NCBI GenBank assembly: GCA_965602015.1
Contig: OZ271918.1
Coordinates: forward strand, 2,688,001-2,752,000
From: Salinispira sp.
Lineage (GTDB): Bacteria > Spirochaetota > Spirochaetia > DSM-27196 > Salinispiraceae
DNA length: 64,000 nucleotides
Reading direction: 5' to 3'
The notes under the pieces are model-generated. The model did not search any database, was not told where the DNA came from, and saw nothing but the letters and a program-made list of their open reading frames with translations. The position numbers and the translations under genes are program-made. Shown piece by piece: positions 9,443 to 18,515 of the stretch (position 1 is its first letter; each line of letters begins with the position of its first letter).

Positions 9443-10768
9443 TCAGAACAGGGTCACATCGCCCTGTAAATCTTTATGGGAGCTGAGGTCTGCCTCACCC
9501 TTCAGTGCCTGAGGCGGCAGGTCAAAACCCAGGGCCTCGAATTCCTGCCGAACGGTTAAAATAGCCTTAACCGCGCTCCGGTATTCGGCAAGTTTTTCAT
9601 CAACCTCCGAATCGTTATCCTCCCGGTCCATACCCAGAACGCCGGCGATTTCCCTGCTTTTTTCCCGGGAAATCCGGATGGACTGAATGATGTGGCTGAG
9701 GATTTGGGAACCCGCATCCTGGAACTGGAGCTCCTTGACGATGCTCTCCAGGGAACCCGATACCGCCCTGCTCAGATCCTGGGCGACTTCCACCCCGCCG
9801 TGAATCAGTTGGTTCTGAGACCTGAGCTGCTCGATCAACCCGGACAGATTGGACTGCCCTTGTATGAGGGTATCGATGTTTCCGTTTATCACCTCATTCT
9901 GACCGTCCAAGCGCTGACTGCTGTCCTTGACGGTCGCCAGCATGATTTCATTGATCCGAGTAACGAACTCCTGACTCCGTCCGGCGAGTTTTTGAATTTC
10001 CCCGGCAATCACCGAGAATCCCCGGCCCGCCTCGCCGGCGCGGGCTGCTTCGATGGCGGTGTTTATCGCCAGGATATTCGTCTGTTCGGCGATTTCATTC
10101 ATTTCTCTGCTGAGGCCCGTCACCTGCTTCAATGCCTCGTGCATTCCCGCCACAATATCCTGCAGCTGTTTGCGGATTGCGCCGAAATCCGTCAGGACCG
10201 CGGCGATGGACTCCATTTCCCGGCCCAATTCGTCGATGTCGCTTTCAAGGCTGGTGTCCCCGCTGTACACCTTTTCAAGCAGTTCATTAATGCTGTTTCC
10301 CACTTCCTTGCTCTTGTTGCCGATTGCGAAGACCTGTTCTATTGCCGCCTGGGTGCTCTCACCGGATTTGATATCGATGAGCCGTCCCAGGCTCGTGCTA
10401 ATGTTGACCATTTCATCGTGAAGGGCAAAAAGCAGGTTGAGGTCGGACATACAGCCTGCCAGGTGGAGAACCTCCGCCGGGGCGGGAATCGAGGTTCCTT
10501 CATTACGTGATGCATGAAGCTGTGGGGGGGTATTCTCCGCCGCCGGTCTGCCTGAAGCCGAGGCCTGTCCGGGCAAGGACAGCTCTCCCCTCTCCATGGA
10601 TGCCGGAGGATCGACGGCAGCTGCAGATTTTCTCCTGAATGACAAAATAGACAAGACAATAGCCCCGGCCAGCAGCAGCGCCGCAGAACCGGACAACATA
10701 ACGGTGGGAAATACAATTGATGAGATAAGCAGAATAAGGGACGCGAGAGAAAGCACAATACTACTCAT
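9443..10768 (-). CDS. Methyl-accepting chemotaxis protein without an evident sensor domain
   Basis: Hairpin-tip motif [38 protein letters not shown]-terminal hydrophobic hairpin; LQFQD motif and C-terminal DVTLF. Confidence 0.9.
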   Translation of the reverse strand: MSSIVLSLASLILLISSIVFPTVMLSGSAALLLAGAIVLSILSFRRKSAAAVDPPASMERGELSLPGQASASGRPAAENTPPQLHASRNEGTSIPAPAEVLHLAGCMSDLNLLFALHDEMVNISTSLGRLIDIKSGESTQAAIEQVFAIGNKSKEVGNSINELLEKVYSGDTSLESDIDELGREMESIAAVLTDFGAIRKQLQDIVAGMHEALKQVTGLSREMNEIAEQTNILAINTAIEAARAGEAGRGFSVIAGEIQKLAGRSQEFVTRINEIMLATVKDSSQRLDGQNEVINGNIDTLIQGQSNLSGLIEQLRSQNQLIHGGVEVAQDLSRAVSGSLESIVKELQFQDAGSQILSHIIQSIRISREKSREIAGVLGMDREDNDSEVDEKLAEYRSAVKAILTVRQEFEALGFDLPPQALKGEADLSSHKDLQGDVTLF

Positions 10769-10808
10769 AATCCATCCAGTTTGAGAAATTTCCGTGGTTT
10801 CAGAGTAA

Positions 10809-10837
10809 AGTATGAATCACCGACTCGGAGAAATCAA
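10809..10837 (-). promoter_or_regulatory. Putative sigma70-type promoter for the mcp-cheY-cheA operon
   Basis: TTGATT-17 bp-CATACT on the minus strand, about 40 bp upstream of the MCP start. Confidence 0.4.
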
Positions 10838-10838
10838 A

Positions 10839-11825
10839 CTAGATCCGCTGAACACCGGCCCCTTCCTCCCGGTAAATTTGCCGGAGCATCTCGATATCCT
10901 CATCGGCTTCGTGCAGCTTGCGCAGGCCTCCCCGACCGTCACGGATAATTCCATCGGCAATCCGGGACGCACTGTGTGCGAACGGGCTATCGGGGAAGAA
11001 GTCGGGCATGGGTTTTTTTACCAGGATCGACTTGTAGGTCTCGGTTTCATAAGGAACAAATCCGAGGTATTCCAGTGCTACGCCGACGTTTTTTACACAG
11101 ACCTCCCGAAGCCGGGCACCCAGGCGCAGATCGCTCTCGCTCCGCCCCATGTTGATAATTACCCGGGCGTAGAAGCTCTGCAGCTGGGTCTGGGCCAGCG
11201 CCTCGGATTCCCGGGAAATTCCTCCCAACTCCCTGATCAGTCCGGCAAAGCTCAGGTGGCTGCCTTCGATGCGATTGCTCAGATATTCTCGGATCAGGTG
11301 ACGCTCGGGGCTTTTGCGGGGGAAACTTCGAAGCAAAAGACGGTAACAGGCGGTTTTGACAAACACATAGGCGTTGAGTATCGCCGTTGGCTCAGCGCTT
11401 GAAACGATGATGCCCGCAGGCGAAGAGAGAAAAAAGTCGACGGTGTTGAAGGATGATCCGGCCCCCAGATCGAGAATGATGTAGTCAGCGACCTGCCTCT
11501 CCAGTTCGCGAAGCAGCCGCATTTTAAGGTAGTAGGGAAGATTGGCGCTTCCGGGAACCATCTGGTCGCCGGGTATGAGATACAGCCTGGGAAAGTCGGT
11601 AGCGACAATGAGATTCTCCAGCTGTTGTTCTTCGCCGTTGATAAATGCGTTGATTCCCGGATTGGTATTGGGAATCCCGATGCAGCTGTGCAGATTGCTG
11701 GCGCCCAGGTCAAGGTCGACCATCAGGACGGTCTTCCCTTTTTTCGCCAGAAGATAACCGAGACTGGCCGCCAGGATGGTTTTGCCCACCCCGCCTTTTC
11801 CGCTGGCTATGGGAATTATCTGCAT
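10839..11825 (-). CDS. MinD/FlhG(FleN)/ParA-family P-loop ATPase
   Basis: Deviant Walker A SGKGGVGKT, DLDLGASNL, ILDLGAG and EPTAILNAY motifs. Confidence 0.85.
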   Translation of the reverse strand: MQIIPIASGKGGVGKTILAASLGYLLAKKGKTVLMVDLDLGASNLHSCIGIPNTNPGINAFINGEEQQLENLIVATDFPRLYLIPGDQMVPGSANLPYYLKMRLLRELERQVADYIILDLGAGSSFNTVDFFLSSPAGIIVSSAEPTAILNAYVFVKTACYRLLLRSFPRKSPERHLIREYLSNRIEGSHLSFAGLIRELGGISRESEALAQTQLQSFYARVIINMGRSESDLRLGARLREVCVKNVGVALEYLGFVPYETETYKSILVKKPMPDFFPDSPFAHSASRIADGIIRDGRGGLRKLHEADEDIEMLRQIYREEGAGVQRI

Positions 11826-11844
11826 CAACGGCCTGCCCCCGGCA

Positions 11845-12648
11845 TCACAGGGGTTCCGCTATCGGGCGGGCGTAGCGACGGTTGTGCGCCGTGTGTTTTC
11901 GCAGCAGGTCGGCCATCTGATCGTTTCGGAAAATTCCCATATCGAGAAAGTACCGTCCGATGGGCATTTGAAAACGCCGCTGATAATTCAACACCCGCCT
12001 GACATCCCGGTCTTCCATGATGCCGGTTCTCAAGGCGGAGTCGCCGAGGTACTCACCCTGCCGTTTGATTCTAATCAGTTCGCCCAGCTGGTCACGGTCG
12101 AGGAATCCCATGTCCATCGCGATACTGCCGAAATTCGGTCTGCGGCTGCGCTGCCAGCACACCGCTTCGATGAGGGTATTCCAGGAAATCAGTCCGCGGT
12201 AATAGCAGTATTGGCCGAATCGCAGGCTGCATGCCGGCACCTTGCCCCGGTATCGCTTGACCGAACCTTTCCCATCCCCGGCTTGTTCGGTGAAGGGCGG
12301 ACGTCCGGCAGAATTCTTTGAGCGGAAAGCGCCTCCGGTCGCCCTGGGCTCGGATTCATTGCTGTCAGTTTGGGTATTCCTGAGGTCTCGAAATGCATGC
12401 GTCTTGGGCGGAAGAAGGTTTTCCAGATATTCGACGATGTCGTCATGGGCGCTTTTAATCCGGATAAAATCGTCGCTGCTGCCCCTGCGGAGGTCGGGAT
12501 GCAGTTCCTTGACTCGTTTGCGAAATGCGGCCTTTACCCCTCCGGGCTGCAGATACCCGATAAAACTCTCGTTTACCCTCACATCCGGTCCGAACAGTAG
12601 TTCGCAGGCCCGTAGAATTCGCTGATGTCGTACGCTGTTGGCTGTCAT
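11845..12648 (-). CDS. J-domain protein with C-terminal MshEN-like repeats
   Basis: VKAAFRKRVKELHPD J-domain with intact HPD; four FG/LG/IG-x5-G-hydrophobic repeats in the C-terminal half. Confidence 0.75.
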   Translation of the reverse strand: MTANSVRHQRILRACELLFGPDVRVNESFIGYLQPGGVKAAFRKRVKELHPDLRRGSSDDFIRIKSAHDDIVEYLENLLPPKTHAFRDLRNTQTDSNESEPRATGGAFRSKNSAGRPPFTEQAGDGKGSVKRYRGKVPACSLRFGQYCYYRGLISWNTLIEAVCWQRSRRPNFGSIAMDMGFLDRDQLGELIRIKRQGEYLGDSALRTGIMEDRDVRRVLNYQRRFQMPIGRYFLDMGIFRNDQMADLLRKHTAHNRRYARPIAEPL

Positions 12649-12693
12649 GATGGCTCCGTCGGCCTCCGATTGGAGAAATGGGCTACCAGACTA

Positions 12694-12721
12694 ATATCGG
12701 CAAAGGCCGCGCCGATCTTCA
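12694..12721 (-). promoter_or_regulatory. Putative sigma28 (FliA/SigD) promoter upstream of the J-domain/MinD genes
   Basis: TGAA-N16-GCCGATAT versus the SigD consensus TAAA-N16-GCCGATAT. Confidence 0.5.
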
Positions 12722-13252
12722 GGACTCGGCGAGCTGATTATCGTCGGGAAAGTCCGCATCGCCGACGATTTTGGAGACATCCAGAATGATCTTCACCTGA
12801 TCATTCACCTTTCCCAGGCCCCGGATGTAGCGCTCTTTTTGCGATGTGGATTTGAAACTGGGCGGAGAATCTATCTGATTCTCGGTAATATCCTGCACCT
12901 CGCTCACCGTATCGACAATGAAACCGATGGAGCCCTGCTCCAGGCCGACAATAATGATGCAGGTCCTGTCGTCATACTCCCGGGCTTCCATGCCAAAGCG
13001 CAGGCGCAAATCCATCACCGGAATCACCCGCCCCCGAAGATTGATAACGCCTTTGATATGGGCCGGCAGATCGGGTACCTTGGTAATCTTTTGAAGCTCG
13101 ATAATATCCGTGACAGTCATGATGTTAAGACCGTAGGCCTCATTTCCGAGCTGGAAAAGCAGATACTTGTTGTGCTGGGTGTTTTCATCGTCGTCATCAA
13201 CCAGGAACATCTCATCATCAGCGCTTTCGACTCTTTGCTGGACATCGGACAT
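12719..13252 (-). CDS. cheW: Chemotaxis adaptor CheW
   Basis: YLLFQLGNEAYG, ITKVPDLP..IKGVINLRGRVIPVMDLR and GFIVDTVSEV motifs. Confidence 0.95.
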   Translation of the reverse strand: MSDVQQRVESADDEMFLVDDDDENTQHNKYLLFQLGNEAYGLNIMTVTDIIELQKITKVPDLPAHIKGVINLRGRVIPVMDLRLRFGMEAREYDDRTCIIIVGLEQGSIGFIVDTVSEVQDITENQIDSPPSFKSTSQKERYIRGLGKVNDQVKIILDVSKIVGDADFPDDNQLAES

Positions 13253-13322
13253 TTCAGCCTCCTGGTATCAACTATTGTTCAATTCTCCATCGAAATCAAG
13301 TTCATCCGGATATATTACCGGC

Positions 13323-13817
13323 TCACCAGGACAGCTCTTCGGCAAGCAACCTGCAGAATTGCTCCAGGCCCGTTTGATCTGCCTGTTCAAATCGCCCGGC
13401 GCGCGGGCTGTCGATGTCCAAAACCGCCAAAACCTTTCCGCTGACGGATACAGGAACGACGATTTCAGATTTGCTGGCGGCGTCGCAGGCGATGTGTCCC
13501 GGAAAAGCATGAACATCGGCTACCCGTTGGGTTTTTCCGCTGGCAAACGCGGCGCCGCAAACCCCGCTGCCCGAGGCGATGGTTACGCAGGCCGGGCGGC
13601 CCTGAAACGGTCCGAGAACCAGGGCCTGCCGGTCCTCCCTCCACAGGTAAAACCCCGCCCAGTTAATGTCTTGGAGACTCGCATACAGGAGGGCGGCAAT
13701 ATTGGCCAGATTGGCGATCAAATCGCTCTCGCCTTCGATGAGGGATCGGGCCTGTGATGCCAGAAGGGAATAATCGGGCTTTCCGGGGGTTGGGGGAAGA
13801 TCAAGACTGTCGAACAT
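13323..13817 (-). CDS. msrC: GAF-domain free methionine-R-sulfoxide reductase (fRMsr/MsrC-like)
   Basis: NWAGFY, LGPFQGRPAC, GVCG and HIACDAASKSEIVVP with the three conserved Cys; ATG at 13817 follows GGAG. Confidence 0.85.
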   Translation of the reverse strand: MFDSLDLPPTPGKPDYSLLASQARSLIEGESDLIANLANIAALLYASLQDINWAGFYLWREDRQALVLGPFQGRPACVTIASGSGVCGAAFASGKTQRVADVHAFPGHIACDAASKSEIVVPVSVSGKVLAVLDIDSPRAGRFEQADQTGLEQFCRLLAEELSW

Positions 13818-13940
13818 AGGGTTACTCCGTATATGGTTGCAGATGTAATGGTACAATTATTTCGTTCACATATGTGCTTTCCGGTTTCTGCGTTCGTTTT
13901 GTGCGTTCCGGTTACTGCGTCGGATGCCGGGACGCCGGGC

Positions 13941-15134
13941 TTACAGGGCCTCGAGGCCCCGGCGCAGGTCTTCGATGATGTCCTCCGGATCCTCCAGCCC
14001 CACCGATAGCCGAATGGTTCCCTCACTGATTCCCTGGGCGGCCAACTCTTCCCGGCTCTGTCCGCGATGGCTGGTGGTAGCCGGATGGCTCAGGGTGGTT
14101 TGTACCCCTGCCAGCGACGGGGCGAACTGAATCATCGTGCAGGCCCCGATGAAGTCTGCGGCCCGCTCCCTGGTCTCCAGATCGAAGCTAAGCATTCCGC
14201 CGCAACCCCGGGGGAACAGCCGGCGGTTTTCTTCGTGCCGGGGATTACCGGCAGACAGGGGGTAATTTACCGCAAGCCCCGGAGCTTCTCCGGCGGAGCC
14301 CAGATATTCGGCGACCCGTTCGGCGTTGGCGCTGTGCCGCTCCATACGCAGGGCGAGGGTCTGGATGCCCCGAAGGGTCAGCCAGGCTTCGAAGGGGTTG
14401 AGATGGCTTCCGAGGGTGGAGATCCGCCGGCGGATTTTTCCGATCCGCTCCTTGCCGCCGCATACTACTCCGCCGGTGGCGTCGCTGTGGCCGTTGATGT
14501 ACTTGGTGCTCGAGTGAACCACCAGGTCGGCGCCGTATTCAAGGGGACGAAACAGCGCGGGGCTCAGGAAGGTGTTGTCCAGCATCAGCCGGGAGCCGCT
14601 GCCCTTGACCAAATCCGCAAGGGATTCGATGGGGGCGACGGTCATTGCGGGATTGCTGACAGTCTCCCCGTAGACCAGGGCGGGCCCTTGGGACAAGCTT
14701 TTTTCCAGATTCTTTCTGTTATCCAGGTCCGCATACTCGACTTCTATTTGCGATGCGCCGAGTTCGCTGTGGAGCAATGCCCGGGTTCCGCCGTAGAGCC
14801 GCCGGGGGACAATGAGACGAGGCTGCTCAAGCTCCTCGCAGAGCACCAGTATTCCCGCATAAATCGCGGCCATTCCGCTGGCGGCGGCTGTGCAGTCCTC
14901 CGCCCCCTCTATTGAGGCGACCCTCAGTTCAAGATCGCGGACATTCGGATTCCCCAAGCGGGTATACATATACAGGTCCGGATCACCCTCCAGGTAGCGC
15001 TCCACTTCCGGAAGCCCGTCGAAGGCAAATACCGAAGACTGAAAAATCGGCGGGGTTTTGCTGTGATTAGCCATGGCCCGGGAGGCCTTTCCGCCACCAT
15101 GGAGACTCAGGGTATGATATCGTGTTTTTTTCAT
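13941..15134 (-). CDS. PLP-dependent Cys/Met metabolism enzyme (cystathionine gamma-synthase/lyase or methionine gamma-lyase family)
   Basis: YTRLGNP, SGMAAI, DNTF, HSSTKYINGHSD (PLP Lys) and RLSVGLED motifs. Confidence 0.9.
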   Translation of the reverse strand: MKKTRYHTLSLHGGGKASRAMANHSKTPPIFQSSVFAFDGLPEVERYLEGDPDLYMYTRLGNPNVRDLELRVASIEGAEDCTAAASGMAAIYAGILVLCEELEQPRLIVPRRLYGGTRALLHSELGASQIEVEYADLDNRKNLEKSLSQGPALVYGETVSNPAMTVAPIESLADLVKGSGSRLMLDNTFLSPALFRPLEYGADLVVHSSTKYINGHSDATGGVVCGGKERIGKIRRRISTLGSHLNPFEAWLTLRGIQTLALRMERHSANAERVAEYLGSAGEAPGLAVNYPLSAGNPRHEENRRLFPRGCGGMLSFDLETRERAADFIGACTMIQFAPSLAGVQTTLSHPATTSHRGQSREELAAQGISEGTIRLSVGLEDPEDIIEDLRRGLEAL

Positions 15135-15151
15135 GTTTTGTTGTATCCCGT

Positions 15152-18100
15152 TCAGGCCAGATATATGCGGTGCTTGCCAAGCAGCTTCGCCTGGTACAGC
15201 GCTTTGTCGGCGATATTGAGAAAACTGTCCACATCCGCGGCGGCGTCCCCGAGCCTGGTGCTGGCGGCAATGCCGATTGAACAGGACAATCGCTTATCAT
15301 CGGGCACGACGATGCTTCGTCCGAGGACCTCTTCAAGGACCGCCCGGTAGGAATCGCATTCTTCGATTTCCCTGATAAGCCTCTGGCCGAGTTCCCCGGC
15401 TCCGTCTTCATCGGTTTCCGGTAATATAACGACAAATTCGTCTCCGCCATAGCGGAAAGCCGTATCGATGTGCCGCACCACTTTTTTTATGGTGCGGGAA
15501 ACCTGAATCAGCAGGGTATCGCCGGCTGCATGACCGTAGGTATCATTAAAGAACTTGAAGTTATCCAGATCAATGAACAGCAGGGCCAGTTGCTTCTCTC
15601 CACCCCGGTTATAGCGCTGGAGCCGTGACAGCTCGTAATCGAGCACGTCGTACAGCGAGGCCCGGTTGCCCAGATTCGTGAGATAGTCTGTGGTGGAGGA
15701 CTGCTTGAGCAGGTCGTTTTTTTGCTTCAGCTCCTGATTTTGAATCATTATCGTCTGCTGCTGATGCAGTTTTTGCATGGCAAGCCCGAATTGCTGCCCG
15801 ATGAGGCTGAAAAGCTGAAGGGATTCGGGCCGCACATTGGCTTCGCCCAGGCGGCTAAAACAGAGAATCAGTCCTCCGGGATCGGTTTTGGGGTTAACCT
15901 TGATGCTGAGCACGCCGCCGTAGCTCTCCATAACTCCGGAAAAATCCCTCAGTTCCCCGGCTGGAGTAAAGCGGACCATTTCATTGAGGTTGGCCAGATG
16001 GCGTATAAGGAGGGAAAACTCCTCGTTTTTGGGTATGGGGGTTTTTTCCCGAATGGCCATCTGCTGGTAATCCCGGCGCCTGCGGCTCAGGTATATAATC
16101 ACGTCGAAATCGAGCTCGAAGTAACTGTAGATCAGGTCAAGGGTGTTTTCCGCTAGATCTTTCTGGTTATCCTCCTCTGCGATTATGGAAAAAAGCATGT
16201 TCAGCTGGTTTATATCGTCAAGGCGCTTGCGAAGGGAAACCAGGCTGCTTTTCATTCGGGCGCCGTGCAGGGCCCAGCCGGTATCCAGTCGGGAAATCCG
16301 GGGATAGGGCTTAGGCGCATCGAGCTTCCGGTATCGTTTCCGCTTCTCGAGGATTTCACCATAATAGCTGTTTCCCATTTCCCGACAGGCATTCAAGCCA
16401 CGCTCGAAGCTCACCTGAGCATCGTCTTTTTTGCTCTGCAGCAGGTAGAAGTCGCCGAATTCGAGGAAAAAAACCGGATACAGATAGTAGTTGCTGTTCG
16501 GCTCCCTTACCAAGGCTTCCTCCGCCCGGCAATACTCCCGGTAGGCTGACGGATAGTCCCCCTCGTCCTGATAGGTCAAGGCGCTAGCCAGGCAGTACAT
16601 AAACACTTCCTCGGACTTTTGCGCAAAGACCTTTCGGTCTTCAAGCTCGGCCTGCATTTTTACCTGCCAAGCCCTGAGACGGTTGCCGGATTTTAGGAGA
16701 TTCAGCACCTGGAGCAGCATTATGGCTGCCCGTGAGTGAAAGGAAAGGGTATCTAGTTGGAGGACCTTGAGAATATTAAGACAGGAGTCGGCATAACCGA
16801 CGCCGTCCTCGAATCGCCGGGAGAGGAAAGCGTTGAGTGCCAGGTTGTACAGGGTCATGGCGACCTCGTGAAACTGACTGTTGTTCCTCAGAATATCAAG
16901 GGAGGCCGCAAAGCTGTTCTGGGCCTTCCGGTACTCGCCCTGATAAAAGTAGTAAAAGCCGATGCCGTTGTTGGTACTGGCTTGTTCGCTCAGGTCCGGC
17001 AGCTGGGATTTCAGTTTTTTCGATTTGCGGTAATACTGCAGCACCTTCTCATAGTTTCCCGTACCGATGTAGGCCATGCCGATGATGTGATACAGATTAC
17101 CCAGGCGCTGCAGATTGTCCCGTTTCCGGGCGATTTTTACCGAGGGATAGTCTTTTTCCGAGAAGCTGCCGGAGTTCAAGGCCCGGGAAACCACATAGAT
17201 ACTGGAAATCAGGTAGGTATAGCTGTTTTCCATGCCAAGCTCTTCAGCCATTGCTATGGCCTTGTCCAGCTTTTTACGCTCGGTAATCAGGTCGTCGGGA
17301 TGGGTGAGGTTGTCAATCTGGCTGTATAAAAAAAGCGCTTGAAACTGCCGGTCCCGGTCGCCGGAGTCAACGGCATTCCGATAGGCCAGTTTGGCAAGCT
17401 TCAGGGAATACCCGGACAGCCCAAGCCCGAGATAGGCCGAGCCCAGAAGCTGATAGGCCTCGGACAGAAGCTGTTCTTCATCTATTTGCTGGGCGATGGT
17501 CAGGGCATTCTCAAAATGCTGACGGGCGGTTTCATGAAAGTTCCGGTGCAGGTCAATGAGCCCGAGGTACTTCCACACCTGGTATTTCACGTGAGGAAGG
17601 GCCCGGTGGTACAGTTGGAGATCGATGAAAGATTGAAAAATTCTCGCGCTGTCGTCAAGGGCAAGCAAGTAATAGGCGTTGATTCCGTCGTAAAACTGCG
17701 GGTCGTCGAGGATCTGGCGGTCGGGCTGGAAGGCCCCGGGACTCAGAGGTTTCCGGTCGGATTGGTGAAAATTCAATACCAGTCCCCGTTGGTCCGCCAG
17801 TTCGAGCAGGCGGCTCCAGGGAGAATCCTCGGCATCGGTGATGTTCTGAACAATTTCAGGGGCGCAGAGCACGCAGAGGAAGGGCAGCTTCAAGGAGGAC
17901 TTGAGAACAAGTTTGAGCAGGCGCAGGGTTGACCGGGGAAGGTAGTGGGCGTTTTCGATGAGGAATACCGCGGGCCGGCCGGTAAACATTCCCGAAAGTA
18001 TATTCCAGATTGATCGCTGCATCCGATAGGACTCGTAATCCAGTTCCCCGGGAACCAGGCTCTCGCGGCGAAACACCGTCCCGCTGGACAGGTACTCGGC

Positions 18101-18415
18101 GAGCACTCCGGCGTGATAGTAATACACATCGTACTCATCTATCTGCCTGAGGATATCGCCGGCGCTTTCTCCGGCGAGTTGATCCTTGCAGGTGTCGAGG
18201 AAGGGGGCATAGGGTTTCGGATTGTAGCCCGGGAATGAGAAATGAAAAATCTGGGGCTTTTCCCCGTCTCCCATGCTCTCGAGCTGGCTTAGTATGCTGT
18301 CGGCCAATGCTTCCTGATCGTCGGCCTGGCAAAACAGCATGGAGCCGCCTCCCTTGCGGGCTTCAGACCACAGGGTTCTCAACAATGGCGACAGGGATTT
18401 AAACTCATTGTGCAT
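15152..18415 (-). CDS. TPR-containing diguanylate cyclase (GGDEF)
   Basis: C-terminal DLDNFK.FND.YGH..GD and RYGGDEF with RxxD I-site (RHID); central TPR repeats. Confidence 0.9.
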   Translation of the reverse strand: MHNEFKSLSPLLRTLWSEARKGGGSMLFCQADDQEALADSILSQLESMGDGEKPQIFHFSFPGYNPKPYAPFLDTCKDQLAGESAGDILRQIDEYDVYYYHAGVLAEYLSSGTVFRRESLVPGELDYESYRMQRSIWNILSGMFTGRPAVFLIENAHYLPRSTLRLLKLVLKSSLKLPFLCVLCAPEIVQNITDAEDSPWSRLLELADQRGLVLNFHQSDRKPLSPGAFQPDRQILDDPQFYDGINAYYLLALDDSARIFQSFIDLQLYHRALPHVKYQVWKYLGLIDLHRNFHETARQHFENALTIAQQIDEEQLLSEAYQLLGSAYLGLGLSGYSLKLAKLAYRNAVDSGDRDRQFQALFLYSQIDNLTHPDDLITERKKLDKAIAMAEELGMENSYTYLISSIYVVSRALNSGSFSEKDYPSVKIARKRDNLQRLGNLYHIIGMAYIGTGNYEKVLQYYRKSKKLKSQLPDLSEQASTNNGIGFYYFYQGEYRKAQNSFAASLDILRNNSQFHEVAMTLYNLALNAFLSRRFEDGVGYADSCLNILKVLQLDTLSFHSRAAIMLLQVLNLLKSGNRLRAWQVKMQAELEDRKVFAQKSEEVFMYCLASALTYQDEGDYPSAYREYCRAEEALVREPNSNYYLYPVFFLEFGDFYLLQSKKDDAQVSFERGLNACREMGNSYYGEILEKRKRYRKLDAPKPYPRISRLDTGWALHGARMKSSLVSLRKRLDDINQLNMLFSIIAEEDNQKDLAENTLDLIYSYFELDFDVIIYLSRRRRDYQQMAIREKTPIPKNEEFSLLIRHLANLNEMVRFTPAGELRDFSGVMESYGGVLSIKVNPKTDPGGLILCFSRLGEANVRPESLQLFSLIGQQFGLAMQKLHQQQTIMIQNQELKQKNDLLKQSSTTDYLTNLGNRASLYDVLDYELSRLQRYNRGGEKQLALLFIDLDNFKFFNDTYGHAAGDTLLIQVSRTIKKVVRHIDTAFRYGGDEFVVILPETDEDGAGELGQRLIREIEECDSYRAVLEEVLGRSIVVPDDKRLSCSIGIAASTRLGDAAADVDSFLNIADKALYQAKLLGKHRIYLA

Positions 18416-18435
18416 GGATGGCGGCTCCCCGATTA

Positions 18436-18473
18436 ATTATATCCTTTCGGGGGCATTGGAACAATGTCCCCGA
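18436..18473 (-). promoter_or_regulatory. Putative sigma70 promoter overlapped by a 12-bp inverted repeat
   Basis: TTGTTC-17 bp-TATAAT on the minus strand; inverted repeat tcgggggcattg (18447-18458) / caatgtccccga (18462-18473) with one mismatch. Confidence 0.45.
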
Positions 18474-18515
18474 GTGCCAAGCCTCCATCATAAAAACGCG
18501 GAGCACACGGGCACA

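Noticed and set aside
18465..18480. TTGGCAC sigma54 -24 element on the minus strand
   Set aside because: No TTGC at the -12 position
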